DNA of 64,000 nt from the human T2T-CHM13v2.0 reference genome, Homo sapiens, in the NCBI RefSeq assembly GCF_009914755.1, contig NC_060941.1, one strand, 5' to 3'. The translations under genes and the position numbers were made by a program. Position 1 is the first letter of the stretch. Every line of letters starts with the position of its first letter. This document shows, in pieces, positions 62,241-64,000 of this stretch. The notes under the pieces are model-generated. The model saw only the letters and a list, made by a program, of their open reading frames with translations, was not told the DNA's origin and ran no database searches.

Positions 62241-62917
62241 TGAATTTTTCATTGCATCTAAAAATTAGGGGGCTGAATAGTCCTTTAAATGGTGGATGCT
62301 TCTTTGGTCTGTTTTAACTTTATAAACTTACTTAAGTGGTTGTAAAATGAAGAGTGCTGTAAATCTGTTAAGACTACATCGTTTCAGTTAAGGATGACTG
62401 ATTAAGCACATGTTTTTATTCCTACTCCTCTTCCAAATGTCCATAGAACTGCTATTCCCCCCACACAGAAAAACTAGTGAAAATATCTGCATTAATGCTG
62501 CAAAATAGGGAAAAGCATTATCCACATGAAAACAACTTGGAGGAATTTCTGCTGAATATAGTGCAGAGGCAAGAAGTCAGATGAAACCCACCCATAGTTG
62601 AAGATATGCAAAGTAGCCCCCACCGGAGCAGCCAATGGAAAAGCACCCCTGACGTGAGCTCTTGGAAATCTCCTTGAATCAAGGCCTTGGTGCGCCATCT
62701 ATAAACGCTGCTAAAATGTCGTGGATATAAATGGAAAAGTTGAGGCTGGTTGACAAAGTTGATAAAACCTCTAAAAGATGATTCAAATGAACAAAATGTG
62801 TCAAAAACAAATTATGAGATAATCAGGGAAATGTGAACCCAGACTGGATATTTAATATTTCAATGATTGTTAAATTTCCTGTGGAATAATGGAACATGAG
62901 ACTTTGGTTACACTTTG

Positions 62918-64000
62918 TATTTATTTATTTATTTATTACTATTTTACTTTAAGTTCTGGGATGCATGTACAGAACGTGCGGGTTTGTTACACAGGTATAT
63001 GTGTGCCATGGTAGTTTGCTGCCCCTATTGACCTGTCCTCTAAGTTTCCTCCCCTCACTCCCCACCCTCCCAACAGGCCTGGTGTGTGTTGTTCCCCTCT
63101 CTGTGTCCACGTATTCTCATTGTTCTACTCCCACTTATGAGTGAGAACATGTGGTGTTTAGTTTCCTGTTCCTGTGTTAGTTTGCTGAGGATGTTGGCTT
63201 CCAGCTTCATCCATGTCCCTGCAAAGGACATGATCTCCTTCCTTTTTATGGCTGTGTAGTGTTCCATTGTGTTATGTACCACATTTTCTATATCCAGTCT
63301 ATCATTGACGGGCATTTGGGTTGGTTTCATGACTTTGCTATTGTGAATAGTGCTGCAATAAACATACGTGTGCATGTGTCTTTATAGTAGAATAATTTAT
63401 ATTCTTTTGGGTATATACCCAGTAATGGTATTGCAGAGTCAAATGATATTTCTGGTTCTAGATCCTTGAGGAATCACCATACTGTCTTCCATAATGGTTG
63501 AACTAAATTACATTCCCACCGACAGTGTAAAAGCATTCCTATTTCTCCACAGCCTCGGCAGCATTTATTGTTTCTCGACGCTTTAATAATCACCATTCTG
63601 ACTGACATGAGATGGTATCTTATTGTGGTTTTGATTTGCATTTCTTTAATGATCAGTGATGTTGAGCTTTTTTTCATGTGTTTGTTGGCTGTGTAAAAGT
63701 CTTCCTTTGAGAAGTGTCCATTCATATCCTTTGCCCACTTTTTGATGGGGTTGTTTGTTTTTTTCTTGTAGATTTGTTTAAGTTCCTTGTAGATTCTGGA
63801 TATTAGACCTTTGTCAGATGGATGGATTTCAAAAATTTTCTCCCATTCTGTAGGTTGCCTGTTCGCTCTGATGATAGTTTCTTTTGCTGTGCAGAAACTC
63901 TTTAGTTTAATTAGATCCCATTTATCAATTTTGACTTGGCATTTTCATCATGAAGCCTTTGCCCATGACTATGTCCGCAAGGTTTGTCTAGGTTTTCTTC
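62918..64000 (-). mobile_element. L1PA (about PA8) 3' end, runs off the window
   Basis: tttaagttctgggatgcatgtacagaacgtgc 3'UTR; ORFs 63055-63375 and 63474-63725 encode ORF2p C-terminal peptides. Confidence 0.95.

Overview
Primate (very likely human) nuclear DNA from an intergenic or deep-intronic region, dominated by interspersed repeats. There are about 22 Alu/FRAM elements (many with visible target-site duplications, TSDs), young and old L1 fragments on both strands, L2 and MIR relics, a MER50 solo LTR with an intact 4-bp TSD, MER74A-like and MLT1 LTRs, a near full-length Tigger1 transposon split by three Alus, several small hAT elements, and microsatellites. I found no convincing protein-coding gene, CpG island, tRNA/rRNA or CRISPR-like array. 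The supplied ORFs are Alu, L1 or Tigger1 read-throughs or short random ORFs. I see no evidence of a new biological system. The best-supported unusual observations are an apparent 85-bp gene-conversion tract between two inverted Alus (48.1 and 50.3 kb), a perfect 61-bp tandem duplication inside an old L1, a five-level nested insertion at 23.3-24.7 kb, and a few speculative non-coding exon or enhancer candidates. Repeat family names come from recalled consensus motifs, not a database search. Subfamily labels and the boundaries of old elements are approximate.
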